Source: Scyliorhinus canicula (lineage: Eukaryota). Taken from it: a stretch of DNA of 64,000 nt. Position 1 is the first letter of the stretch, and the number at the start of each line of letters is the position of its first letter. This document shows positions 48,517 through 60,631 of the stretch, in pieces. A program made the position numbers and the translations under genes. The DNA lies in assembly GCF_902713615.1 (NCBI RefSeq), contig NW_024055479.1:1-64000 (forward strand), written 5' to 3'. Under the pieces are notes generated by a model. That model was given only the letters and a program-made list of their open reading frames with translations, ran no database searches and was not told the origin of the DNA.

Positions 48517-48712
48517 GGCCATAGTCCCGGAGACTGTTCTTTTCCTTTGAGAGCTGACTGTGGTGATTTAACTTGAGGGTCACCACACATCAGGCGAGGG
48601 GCAAGGTTGAGAATGAGGGTCTTCATGAATAACCTCAGCCAGTGCAGCAATTGAATCCGCGCTGATGGGATCGCTCTTCGTCATGAACCAGCCGTCCAGC
48701 TAATTGGGCTCT
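48517..48712 (-). mobile_element. tRNA-derived SINE (third family) whose 5' head runs into the 29-bp array
   Basis: Homologous to 27780-27985. Confidence 0.8.
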
Positions 48713-49391
48713 GTACGTCACGATACAGCTAACTGAACTGTGTACGTCACGATCCACCTAACTGAGCTGCGTACGTCACAAACCAGCTAACTGAGCTGTC
48801 TACGTCACAATCCAGCTAACTGAGCTGTCTACGTCACAATCCAGCTAACTGAGCTGTGTACGTCACGATCCAGCGAACTGAGCTGTGTACGTCACAATCC
48901 AGCTAACTGAGCTGTGTACGTCACAATCCAGCTAACTAAGCTGTGTACGTCACAATCCAGCTAACTGAGCTGTGTACGTCACGATCCAGCGAACTGAGCT
49001 GTGTACGTCACAATCCAGCTAACTGAGCTGTCTATGTCTCAATCCAGCTAACTGCGCGGTGTACGTCACAATCCAGCGAACTGAGCTGTGTACGTCACAA
49101 TCCAGCTAACTGAGCTTTGTACGTCACAATCCAGCTAACTGAGCTGTCTACGTCTCAATCCAGCTAACTGAGCTATATACGTCACAAACCAGCTGACTGA
49201 GCTGTGTACGTCACAATCCAGCTCACTGAGCTGGTTACGTCACAATCCAGCTAACTGAGCTGTGTATGTCACAATCCAGCTAATTGAGCTGTGTTAGTCA
49301 CAATCCAGCTAACTGAGCTGTGTACGTCACAATCCAGCTAAATGAGCTGTGTACGTCACAATCCAGCTAACTGAGCTGTGTACGTCACAAT
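48696..49391. repeat. 29-bp tandem array, 24 copies (CCAGCTAACTGAGCTGTGTACGTCACAAT)
   Basis: Counted by hand: 24 units, 41 AGCT tetramers. Confidence 0.95.
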
Positions 49392-50084
49392 CAATTTGTC
49401 TTACAAAAGTTGTCTCTTCATTTGTATCTTTGCAGTTTTGGGAAATTCCCTTTGTTCAAACTGACTGATGCCCCTCCTCTCTCCACCTCACTACCCCCAC
49501 TCCCCAAACCAGAGAGTAGTGGCTTTGCTTCAAAAACACCTTCTGAATGCACCTTTATATAATTACAATAAAACTCTACATTTGAGTAATTCCAACATTC
49601 ACTAATTTTAAGATCATGCACATTGACAGCAGGAGGAGGTCATTCAATCCGTCGAGCCTCCTCCCCCATTCAGTAAGAGCCTGCCTGTGCTGATTGTGGT
49701 GTTAACCCCACATTTTGCCTGTCACTGAGACCGGGCAGTCTGCAATCCCCCCCGCCCCGCGCTCTCTGTGGGTTCCCCCATCTCTCTGCCGTTCCCGCTG
49801 GATTTCTGTACCTTCCTCCTGGACCCTTCACTATCGTTTAGCTCTCTGCTCTTTTCCACGGCTCTCTGCGCTTTCCTCCGCATCTTTGCGCTTTCGGCTG
49901 TGAATTTTCTTCCTGCTCTCTGTGCTTTGCCCATGTGCGCTGCACTTTCCCCAGTTCTTTCGGCTTTTCCCGGTTCCTGGCACATTCCGCGGGCTTTTTG
50001 AACATTTCGCCAGCACTGTGCGCTTTACCCCGATTCTTATGGCTTATCGCACACTCTATGGACTTTCGTCCGTCTCTCTGCACT

Positions 50085-51530
50085 TGCGCCAGCTCTCTGC
50101 ACCTTTCCCCGGCTCTCTGCTCCTTCACCCGACTCTCTGCCCCTTCCCCCGGTCCCCGGCTCTCTGCACTTTCCCCCGGCTCTCTGCGCCTTCCCCCGGC
50201 TCTCTGCGCCTTCCCCAGGCTCTCTGCACTCCGCCGGCTCTCTGCTCCTTCCCCCGGCTCTCTGCACTTTCCTCCGGCTCTCTGCACTTTCCCCCGGCTC
50301 TCTGCCCCTCCCCCTGGCTCTCTGCCCCTTCCCCCGGCTCTCTGCTCTTTTCCCCGGCTCTCGGCTCCTTCCCCCGCCTCTCTGCACTTTCCTCCGGCTC
50401 TCTGCTCCTTCCCCCGTCTCTCTGCTCCTTCCCACGGCTCTCGGCTCCTTCCCCCGGCTGTCTGCACTTTCCTCCGGCTCTCTCCTCCTTTCCCCGGCTC
50501 TCTGCACCTTCCCCCGGCTCTCTGCTCCATCCCCCGGCTCTCGGTTCCTTCCCACGGCTCTCTGCCCCTTCCCCCGGCTCTCCGCCCCTTCCCCCGGCTC
50601 CCCGCCCCTTCCCCCGGCTCTCTGCTCCTTCCCACGGCTCTCGGCTCCTTCCCCCGGCTGTCTGCACTTTCCTCCGGCTCTCTCCTCCTTTCCCCGGCTC
50701 TCTCCTCCTTTCCCTGGCTCTCTGCACCTTCCCCCGGCTCTCTGCTCCATCCCCCGGCTCTCGGCTCCTTCCCCCGGCTCTCTGCCCCTTCCCCCGGCTC
50801 CCCGCCCCTTCCCCCGGCTCCCCGCCCCTTCCCCCCGCTCCCCTCCCCTTCCCCCGGCTCTAGGCTCCTTCCCCCGGCTCTCTGCCCCTTCCCCCGGCTC
50901 TCTGCACTTCCCCGGCCCCAGGCTCTCTGCAATTTTCCCGTCTCTCTCCACATCCCCCCCCCCCCCCGGCTCTCTGCGCCTTCCCCCCGCTCTTTGCGCC
51001 TCCCCCCGACTCTCTGCGCCTTCCCACGACTCTCTGCCCCTTCCTCCGGCTCTCTGCACTTCCCCGGCCCCAGGCTCTCTGCAATTTCCCCGTCTCTCTG
51101 TCCCTTCCCTCCCGGCTCTCTGCTCCTTCCTCCGGCTCTCTGCCCCTTCTCCCGGCTCTCTCCTCCTTCCCCCGACTCGCTGCTCCTTCCCCCGGCTCTC
51201 TGCTCCTTCCCCCGGCTCTCTGCTCCTTCCTCCGGCTCTCTGCCCCTTCTCCCGGCTCTCTGCTCCTTCCCCCGACTCGCTGCTCCTTCCCCCGGCTCTC
51301 TGCTCCTTCCCCCGGCTCTCTGCTCCTTCCTCCGGCTCTCTGCCCCTTCTCCCGGCTCTCTGCTCCTTCCCCCGACTCGCTGCTCCTTCCCCCGGCTCTC
51401 TGCTCCTTCCTCCGGCTCTCTGCCCCTTCTCTCGGCTCTCTGCGCCTTCCTCCGGCTCTCAGCTCCTTCCGCCGACTCCCTGTTCCTTCCCCGGCTCCCT
51501 GCTCCTTCGCCCGGTTCTCTATGATTCTTT
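50085..51530. repeat. ~20-bp purine/pyrimidine array (sense strand GAAGGAGCAGAGAGCCGGGG); degenerate flanks to ~49720 and ~51810
   Basis: Plus strand almost entirely C/T; CCCCGGCTCTCTGC recurs about every 20 bp. Confidence 0.95.
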
Positions 51531-51829
51531 CCAGCTTTCTGATCTTTTCTACGGTTCTCTGTACGTTCCCCCGCACCTCTGTCCTTTCCGCTGCATCTCT
51601 GCGCTTTCCACCCGACTCTATCATTTCGCCGCCTCTTCGTCTTCTCCCCCGCCCCAGCGCTTTTTCTCGGCAGAGGGCCTTTCGTCCGGCTTCTCTCCGG
51701 CTCTCTGCACTTTCCTCCCGCTCTCGCCACGCCCGTGGTACGATCCACATTCGGGCGCCACTCGTCATCCGTTTCGCTCCAGTTCTCTATTCCTCTCTCG
51801 TTCCAGACGCTCCCTTGTTAATTTCCTGA

Positions 51830-53310
51830 GCATGAGTGAGATGGGATGAGTGAGTAATTGAGTGAGGGTAGGAGAGTGAGTGTGGGTGAGTGAGTAACTG
51901 AGTGAGGGTAGGAGTGTGAGTGTGGGTGAGTGAGTAATTGAGTGAGGGTAGGAGAGTGAGTGCGGGTGAGTGAGTAACTGAGTGAGGATAGGAGAGTGAG
52001 TGCGGGTGAGTAAGTGACTGAAATGAAATGAAAATCGCTTATTGTCACGAGTAGGCTTCAATGAAGTTACTGTGAAAAGCCCCTAGTCGCCACATTCCGG
52101 CGCCTCTTCGGGGAGGCTGTTACGGGAATTGAACTGTGCTGCTGGCTTGCTTGGTCTGCTTTCAAAGCCAGTGATTTTAGCCCTGAGCTAGTGAGGATAG
52201 GAGAGTGAGTGCGGGTGAGTGAGTAACTGTGTGAGGATAGGAGAGTGAGAGTGGGTGAGTGAGTATCTGAGTGAGAGTAGGAGAGTGAGTGCGGGTGAGT
52301 GAGTAATGAGTGAGGGTAGGAGAGTGAGTCTGGGTGAGTGAGTAGGTGAGTGAGGGTAGGAGAGTGAGTGTGGGTGAGTGAGTAACTGAGTGAGGGTAGG
52401 AGAGTGAGTGAGGGTGAGTGAGTAACTGAGTGAGGGTAGGAGAGTGAGTGAGGGTGAGTGAGTAACTGAGTGAGGGTAGGAGAGTGAGTGTGGGTGAGTG
52501 AGTGAGGGTAGTAGGGTGAGTGCGGTTAAATGAGTAACTTAGTGAGGGTAGGAGAGTGAGTGCGGGTGAGTGAGTAACTTAGTGAGGGTAGGGGAGTGAG
52601 GGCGGGTGAGTGAGTAACTTAGTGAGGGTAGGGGAGTGAGGGTGGGTGAGTGAGTAACTGAGTGAGGGTAGGAGAGTGAGTGCGGGTGAGTGAGTAACTG
52701 AGTGAGGGTAGGAGAGTGAGTGCGGGTGAGTGAGTAACTGAGTGAGGGTAGGAGAGTGAGTGTGGGTGAGTGAGTAACTGAGTGAGGGTAGGAGAGTGAG
52801 TGCGGGTGAGTGAGTAACTGAGTGAGGGTAGGAGAGTGAGTGTGGGTGAGTGAATAACTGAGTGAGGGTAGGAGAGTGAGTGTTGGTGAGTGAGTAACTG
52901 AGTGAGGGTAGGAGAGTGAGCGCGGGTGAGTAACTGAGTGAGGGTAGGTGAGTGAGTGCGGGTGAGTGAGTCACTGAGTGAGGGTAGGAGTGTGGGCAAG
53001 TGAGTAACTGAGCGACGGTAGGAGAGTGAGTGTGGGTAGTTGAGTGAGTAACTGAGTGAGGGTAGGAGAGTGAGTGTGGGTGAGTAAGTAACTGAGTGAG
53101 AGTAGGAGAGTGAGTACGGGTAGTTGAGCGAGTGAGGGTAGGAGAGTGAGTGCGGGTGAGTGAGTAACTGAGTGAGGGTAGGAGAGTGAGTGCGGGTGAG
53201 TGAGTAACTGAGTGAGGGTAGGAGAGTGAGTGCGGGTGAGTGAGTAACTGAGTGAGGTTAGGAGAGTGAGTGCGGGTGAGTGAGTAACTGAGTGAGGGTA
53301 GGAGAGTGAG
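51830..53310. repeat. 40-bp tandem array (GAGTGAGTAACTGAGTGAGGGTAGGAGAGTGAGTGCGGGT), interrupted by a short SINE at 52019-52190
   Basis: Period 40 read directly; SINE matches 8557-8719. Confidence 0.95.
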
Positions 53311-53699
53311 AGAAAGAGTGTGTGGGAGAGAGAGAAACAGTGTGTGAGATAGACTGGATGCGAGTGTATTGGAGAATTGTGCGTGAAACAGCTAAATTGT
53401 GTGCATGCATCTGTAGGAGTGTGCATGTGGGAGAGAGAGTGAGAGCATGTGAGAGAATGTTTGTGAGACAGAGTGCGTGTGTCTGACAGAGTGTGCGAGA
53501 GAGGGCTGGTGTGTGTGAGTGGGTCAGAGAGAAAATGTGTGTGCGAGAGTGTGAATTTGTACATGTGTGAGAGTGTGTCTGTGTGTAAGGATGCGTCTGC
53601 GAGTATGAATTTGAGCGTTTCGTGTGTGAGAGTGTTGGAGAGAACGATACTGTGTATTTGTGTTTTGAGAGAGTGCATGTGAGATAGAGAACCAGAGAG

Positions 53700-54050
53700 T
53701 GAGTTGAATAAAAACGTGTTACTGCGGATGCTGCAATCTGAAAGGAAAACAGAAGCTTCCTTCTCCCTCTTCTCGCTCCACAGAGACTGCCAGACCTGCT
53801 GAGATTGTCGAGTATTTTCTGTTTTTGTTTCAGATTCCAGCATCCACAGTAATTTGCTGTTATCTTCCTGTTTAATTCACTGCCTCTTCTCTTCCAGTAA
53901 AGTATAACCTGAAGAAGCACTGCTCTTCTCTCCGACAGGATTTCCAACTCCCTGCAACTTTGACAAAGGGTCATTCAAGACTCGGAAGATTAGCTCCTTT
54001 CTCTCTCCACAGATGCTGTCAGACCTGCTGACATTGTCCAATATTGTTTG
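53700..54050. repeat. Short remnants resembling PLE-type terminal repeats
   Basis: TGCGGATGCTGCAATCTGAAA and CCACAGA..TGCCAGACCTGCTGAG..CAGATTCCAGCATC motifs in both orientations. Confidence 0.45.
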
Positions 54051-54191
54051 ACTCTGGTGATCGTTTGTTTGTGTGTGGGTGTGTGAGAGAAGCAGTGAGC
54101 GAGGGTGTGGCTGTGTCTATGAGACGGTGTGTGTGTCTCTGTGCGTGTGAGATAGAGAGAGACTATGTAAGTGAATGAGTGAATGTGTGTG

Positions 54192-54540
54192 AGAGAGTGT
54201 AATGTGCGTATGTGTCTGTCTGGCTCACTCCCAGTCTCCATATTCTCATTCATCCTCACACTACACACTCCCATAAACTCTGATAGTGAGTGTGTGTGAG
54301 AGTGTAATGCGTATATGTGTCTGCCTGGCTCACTCCCAGTCTCCATATTCTCATTCATCCTCACACTCTACACACTCCCATCCACTCTGATAGTGAGTGT
54401 GTGTGAGAGAGTGTAATGCGTATATTTAGAATTTAGAATTTAGAATTTAGAACAGTACAGCACACAATATGTGTCTGCCTGGCTCACTCCCAGTCTTCAT
54501 ATTCTCATTCACCCTTTCCCTCCACACATTCCCGTCCACT
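54192..54540. repeat. Three direct copies of a ~110-bp unit
   Basis: TGTCTGYCTGGCTCACTCCCAGTCTYCATATTCTCATTCA occurs three times. Confidence 0.85.
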
Positions 54541-55161
54541 CTCACAGTGTGTGTGGGTGACTAAGTGAGTACACTCCAGTTCGTGGACCACGGGTTGGAC
54601 AATTATTTAAATATTTCACAGGAATATCATCCACTGACTTTTCCAATTGCCGTGTATCATTTCACCGAGTATTGGAACTATTTTCATCATATACCTGATT
54701 CGATAACTCACAGCTCGTTAGTTCGATGTTTATTCAGTCTACTTGACCTCTGCGGGGAAAGGCTCTCAGGTCAGGCACAGGTCATTTTAAGATATAAAGT
54801 AATAACCCCACTCCTCCCCACCAAAGCTCATCTCCCCCTGCAAGGACGAAGGGATACCACTGATTTGATTTAAAATAAAACACCAACATTGTCCCACCAA
54901 GTGTGCCCATGGACGGGTTCAATCCAGTATTCATATAAATGCTGAAGCTACAAGAGCCGGCCAGAGGCTGGGAATCCTGTGATAAGTAATTCAATCCCAA
55001 TCAGCCCGCCAAATTAGCCACATTCACCGTCTGAAAAATTCACTCCCTCCATCACCGACAAACAAAGGCAGCAATGTGTATGGTATAAAATATACACTGC
55101 AGCAACTTTCCAAGACTCCATCGAAAGCACCTTCCAGACCTGCAACCTCTACCACCTAGAA

Positions 55162-56023
55162 CTGGAGTTCTCAACCTTTTTTAACCCATGGACCCCTTTT
55201 CCTCTTAATTTTTTTTTGTGGACCCCCATAGCCATTCCACAGAAAAAAAAGCTTCTTATATGCATGGTAAACTAATCCTAAAGTCCATCTACCTTACCGT
55301 GAGAGTTGGAAACGGATTAGCGGTATTTTCGTACGTTGCCAAACTTATTCTAACATGAAAAGTAATGAAAAAAACTTTTTACTGACTAAATTGAATTAAA
55401 TTACTCTAAAAATAACCAATTCACATCAAATATACACAGTTTCTAGTGATTACTGTGTTAAATCATTCATTAAACTTGTCAAGGAGAAACGTGGCATAAG
55501 CGTCAGGTCAACCGTGGGTATTTAATAAACTGCTTCTGTCATTAAAGGTCCTCCGGGCTGTTCCTAGGGGACAATAGCCCGGGCAATCTTCAACAACAAC
55601 TGTCATTAAAGCACAATAAACACATTTGTCATCAACCGGTATGGATTTTTTTTTCTCAGAATACAGTACCACAAAAATAAACACAGCAAATGCACCTTTT
55701 TGGTTCTGAGCCCCTTCAGCCCTCAAGCTAAATTAGATAGATTATAATCTCTCTTTGACCTTTGTCAGTGCGAGAGAGAGAGAGAGAGAGAGAAAGGTGA
55801 ATATTCATCATGAAAACAAACATTTTTTTCTTCTACTTGATTCTCAGTAATAACAATTGTTCTGAAGTAGAATTGCTCTATGGACCACTAAAATATCACC
55901 GTGGACCCCCAATTCGGTATTTTTTTGTGTGGACCCCCAGTAATGTTACATGGACCCCCAGGGTCCATGTCATATCGTCCTTCTAGGTCAGTGGTTCTCA
56001 ACCAGGGTCCACATGGTCCACTG
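55162..56023. mobile_element. Non-autonomous hAT (Charlie-like) DNA transposon inserted into a LINE 3' fragment
   Basis: Left end CTGGAGTTCTCAACC; right end ..CCACTG; 8-bp TSD ACCTAGAA at 55154-55161 and 56024-56031; host LINE sequence resumes after the TSD. Confidence 0.75.
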
Positions 56024-56115
56024 ACCTAGAAGGACGAGGGCAACAGATACATGGGAATACCACAACCTGCACGCTTCCTTCCAAGCCACACACCATCCTG
56101 ACTTGAAACCATATG

Positions 56116-56300
56116 AAATGAAAAAGTGAAAATCGCTTATTGTCACGAGTAGGCTTCAATGAAGTTACTGTGAAAAGCCCCGAGTCGCCACATTCCGGCA
56201 CCTGTCCGGGAAGGCTGGTACGGGAATCGAACTGTGCTGCTGACCTGCTTGATCTGCTTTAAAAGCCAGCGATTTAGCTGAGTGAGCTAAACCAGCCCCT
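56116..56300 (-). mobile_element. Short (CATTT)n SINE
   Basis: Matches 8557-8719. Confidence 0.85.
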
Positions 56301-57893
56301 GGCTATTCCTTCACTGTCGCTTGGCCAAAATTCTGGAACTTTCTCCATCACCGCACTGCGAGGGTATCCACACCAGTACCTGCACCACATGGACTGCAGT
56401 TATTCAAGGATGCTTCATATCAAGACATTTTCATGGGGCAATTAAGGGTAGGGAACAAATGTTGGCCTAACCAGCTCACTAAAATCCTTGAAGAAGATTA
56501 AATATGAGATACAGACTAATTTCTCCCTCTTCACTGTCCCATTAAATAGGACAAGGACTGCAACGGCATGGAATAAAAGAGAATAAATCTCCCTCTGCAT
56601 TGCCTAGTCTAACAATCCAAACGCCGATACATCACTGGTTAAAAAGTAACCGGATCTCCTCCAGTCTGTCTGGCGTTTCGGAATTGTTCTCTCTGACTGT
56701 CGCAACCTGGGGCAGGGATCTCAGTTCTGAGACACCTCGTCAAACATAAATAAAAAATTCACATTCCTCACATATGCAAGCTTTAAAAAAAATAATCAAA
56801 TTTCACTCCCTAAAATACAAGAGAACGAATCCTTCAAACTGCTGGATGCTAATTGATAAATGGTCAACTTATGACAAGAACAATTCAATAATAATATTCA
56901 TTTTAAAGCTCCCTTCGCCGTTCAGCTATATCCACCTGTCTGTCTGAACTGAGCAAATTGCATTTTCACTGAGAATGAACACATTAAATATAACAGATTG
57001 AGGGTAGTTTAATGTCAGTGACAGAGATCCGGTGATACAATAAGAACTAAACAAACCAGGAAAATTCACATTGGAAACCGATTAGAGGATTTGATCTAAT
57101 TTATTAATTAAATGTAATTAAGTAAAACAATTCAGGTGAAATACACCATCCACCTGAGTGAAGAAATTATTGTTTTCTAAATTCATTTTGCATACAATTA
57201 CAAATTATCTAATAGCTTTACTGCAGGGGGTCATTTATGATTAAATAGTTAATACTAATATTGCATTGCATGTTGTTGTTAATTGTCAATTAGTTGTCTT
57301 GTCAGATTATCTGCACGCTAATAAAAATAATAAAAATAGTTTTCTATAATTCAAAGCTAGTTCCTTCCTGCAATTTTGTTATATCATCTGTGTTTAATTA
57401 AATCTCAAACGATGCTAAACAATAAACCTCAAATAACTGGGTGGAAATATTCAGACATGTATAATATTTTTACTTAAATCTAATCCAATTTTAATGTTTT
57501 CCTTTTTTGTTTTTAACTGCCCTTTTTAAACTACAGAAATGCTAAATATGCATATTTTCGAAAGCATTGATAAATGTTGAATTCCATCTATTCACAGAGT
57601 GAATTGACATGATAGATCTGAGTGTAATATTTCAAATACTTTCAATCCCGGTGAAATAGTGAAAACACTCCCTGTGAGGTGGGGTGGCGGGAGGAGAGGG
57701 TGTGTGTGTGATTTCACTGTTAAAGCGGGACTCCCGCGTTTATAAATTATCGTTTATCAACTGGCAGTTGGTGATCGATAAAAGTGCTTCCTAGATTTAA
57801 TAACAATCCCTGTAATTTAATTACTAAAACTATTGCTAATTAAAGGAGATCCAAATTAATCAGTATAAAACACAGTTAAAATTATTAATTCAA

Positions 57894-58785
57894 GCGCAGC
57901 ACGGTGGGTTAGCCCTGCTGCCTCACGGCGCCGAGATCATAGGTTCAATCCCGGCTCTGGGTAACTGTTCGTGTGGAGTTTGCACATTTTCTCGTGTTTG
58001 CGTGGGTGTCGCCCCCCCAACCCAAATATGTGAAAAATAGGTGGATTTAACACGCTAAATTGCCCCTTAATTGGAAAAAAATTGGGTACACTAAATTTAT
58101 AAAAAAAATATATTAATTCAGATCCTCGACAAAACTGAAACATAATGTGCAAATGGAGTAAATTTTGTTGTTCAACTTAATACTTAATAGAAGAAAGCAT
58201 GAGGTTCAGGTATAATCTCTTCTATTCTGTTACTTGTATTTCCTATAATCCTATGTTGTGTACAGCACAGCTTTTTGACAGGGTATTATCATTTATTGCA
58301 AAGCTAAAATGCGCCTTGTGTAATTAAATTAATCTCTTTGAATTTCAAGCTTTTACTTGTCAATCTCCAGTGTTCTTCAGCCTGAACATTCCTACAATTC
58401 AAATAAAATCATATGAACAATTGCTTCACTTGCAACGACTTCCAGATCGCAGAAAACTCTTTTACGATCAGATTAGTGAAAATTATCTCACTATCCAACT
58501 ACAAATGACATTTATTGTATCATGCACTAAAAGAATAAAATAACCGATGCATAAATTGCCAAACTTTAATGTAAAACTACTATTTAAGTAACGTAATCAG
58601 AGATATATAGACTGGGCTAAATCGCTAGCTTTGAAAGCAGACCAAAGCAGACCAGCAGCACGGTTCGATTCCCGTAACAGACCCCCCCCCCGAACAGGCG
58701 CCGGAATGTGACGACTAGGGGCTTTTCACAGTAACATCATTGAAGCCTACTCGTGATAATAAGCGATTTTAATTTCATTTTCATA
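57894..58785 (+). mobile_element. Two SINEs (57894-58110 short V-SINE; 58611-58785 short CATTT SINE)
   Basis: Family heads and tails. Confidence 0.8.
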
Positions 58786-60631
58786 TACAAATTAATCCAA
58801 AAATCCCTTGTGTATCTCAACACTGCTGTAGGAACGGTATGTTATGATTAAAATAGTTTCAGGCATAATCACAGAATATTCCCAGCCAAGAAACGTTTCC
58901 GGCCATGCTAATTCTGTGCAGAGCACAGTAGAATTATGAAAGGCGATAAATGATTAATGATATTAATATAAAAACATCTTTAGTTAATATGGAGTTATAT
59001 TACCGCTTTATAATTGGTTAACTTATATTAATTTTACTGTCCAATTTGAAAATGTTTTACTGATGTAGCTTGAGATTGCAGGAATAATAATCTGTATTAG
59101 TGTCACAAGTAGGCTTACATTAACACTGCAATGAGGCTTCTGTGAAAATCAACGAATTATGTTCTGAATGAAGCCATAGTCTCGTTTATTCTGTAATCAT
59201 CAGTTAAAATTTTGAAAAGCCCGAAAATATCTTTAATTCATTTCTAAATTTCCGAAATCTGCCTCTTTTCTCCCTGGAAACGCGATTCAAGCAGATTCAA
59301 ACAATTCGATTACGTTTAACCAGAAAACATATAACCCTCAATATCACCCAGTTTAAACACTGCAGAAGCACCAACCCGTTTTTTCAAGTCACCCGGACAC
59401 AATCCCCTCAGCGGGAAAACAGCAAAACTCATCACTGAGGGACTGAAACCCGTTTCATGGGGAAGCAGCTCAATTCTAAATTCAACAGAATCAAACTTAA
59501 CATTTCAAAAACATCTCAATATCGAATCCAATAAACCGCTCACTACGAAATGTATGAATTATCAAACTAAATAGAAATATGGAATAACAGCAATCTTATT
59601 GTGATGAGGTGGGATAGGTCCAAAATAATATTTAAAGCTTACCACATTTTATTTATATTGGACCATATTTCAAACACATTTCAAACATATTTAAACACAA
59701 TGTCTGGAGTAGTTGGTAAAAGCAGCAACCATCAGATGCCGCCGAGATGAAACATTGCAGAAAAGCTGGGCCGTGATTGCAGTGACGAATTATATTCGGA
59801 AATAACGTCTTAAACCGTGATTTAGTTTACTCTGCAATTATCACTTTTGAAAAACCTAATGCCTGTTTTCAGCCGACAATCATGCGTGAAGCAGTTTCAA
59901 ACGCGGGTATTGTTTTCCTTCAATTGAAAAACGAGATGAAATCATGCAGAGACGCGCGAAACCGCTTCATACATTTTACTTCTTCAAAGTCACCCAGATA
60001 CAATCTCCTCAGCTGAAAAACACCAAATCACATCACCGAGAGGCTAAAACTTGATTCATGGAGAAGCAGCTCAATTCTACAAACACTTTCAACAGAATCA
60101 AACATAACATGCGAAAAGAAAATCTCAATGAGAACCCACCAAATCCGCTTGTCACCAAATTAATGAATAGTTCAACGAAACAGAAATGTGAAATAAAGCG
60201 TCAAAAATTGTGCGTTATTGGAACATGTTCAATAAATTAACATACAAACTTAAGCATATTTTGTGAATATTGGGTAGATTTCTAACACTTGTGCAGTTTG
60301 TGGTGAAACTGCAGCCACTAGATGTTACCGAGATTAAAAAATGCAGAAACGCCAAACTATTTAACAGACGGTAGGTATTTAAAATAACTCGGCCACACAG
60401 TATCCACAGCAAATAAACACCAAATCACCGTAACCCGGGACTGAATCCCTCAGCAGAACCTTTTGCCAAAATCCTACGCTTTTTCAGCAGAATCGGATGA
60501 AACATTGGAACACATCGCAATAAAGAATCCACCAGACCATATTTCAGCGAGCGAATGAATTGTCAACACAAAGAAAAATATAAAACAAAGTCTGAAGTAG
60601 AACAGTTCGTAAATAATTAAACAGATCTTAC

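Noticed and set aside
49838-51768. Long Arg/Gly/Glu- or Pro/Ser/Leu-rich ORFs (636, 529, 340 aa)
   Set aside because: They are translations of the 20-bp purine/pyrimidine array inside an Ig intron
48696-53310. CRISPR-like appearance of the regular repeats
   Set aside because: Units are head-to-tail with no unique spacers, there are no cas genes, and the context is eukaryotic
52579-53974. His/Ser/Thr-rich ORFs
   Set aside because: They arise from the 40-bp array and GA/GT low-complexity sequence
60474-60631. Hydrophobic extension of the V ORF ([22 protein letters not shown]) as a membrane anchor
   Set aside because: It lies past the canonical J donor G|GTAAG and is AT-rich intron read-through
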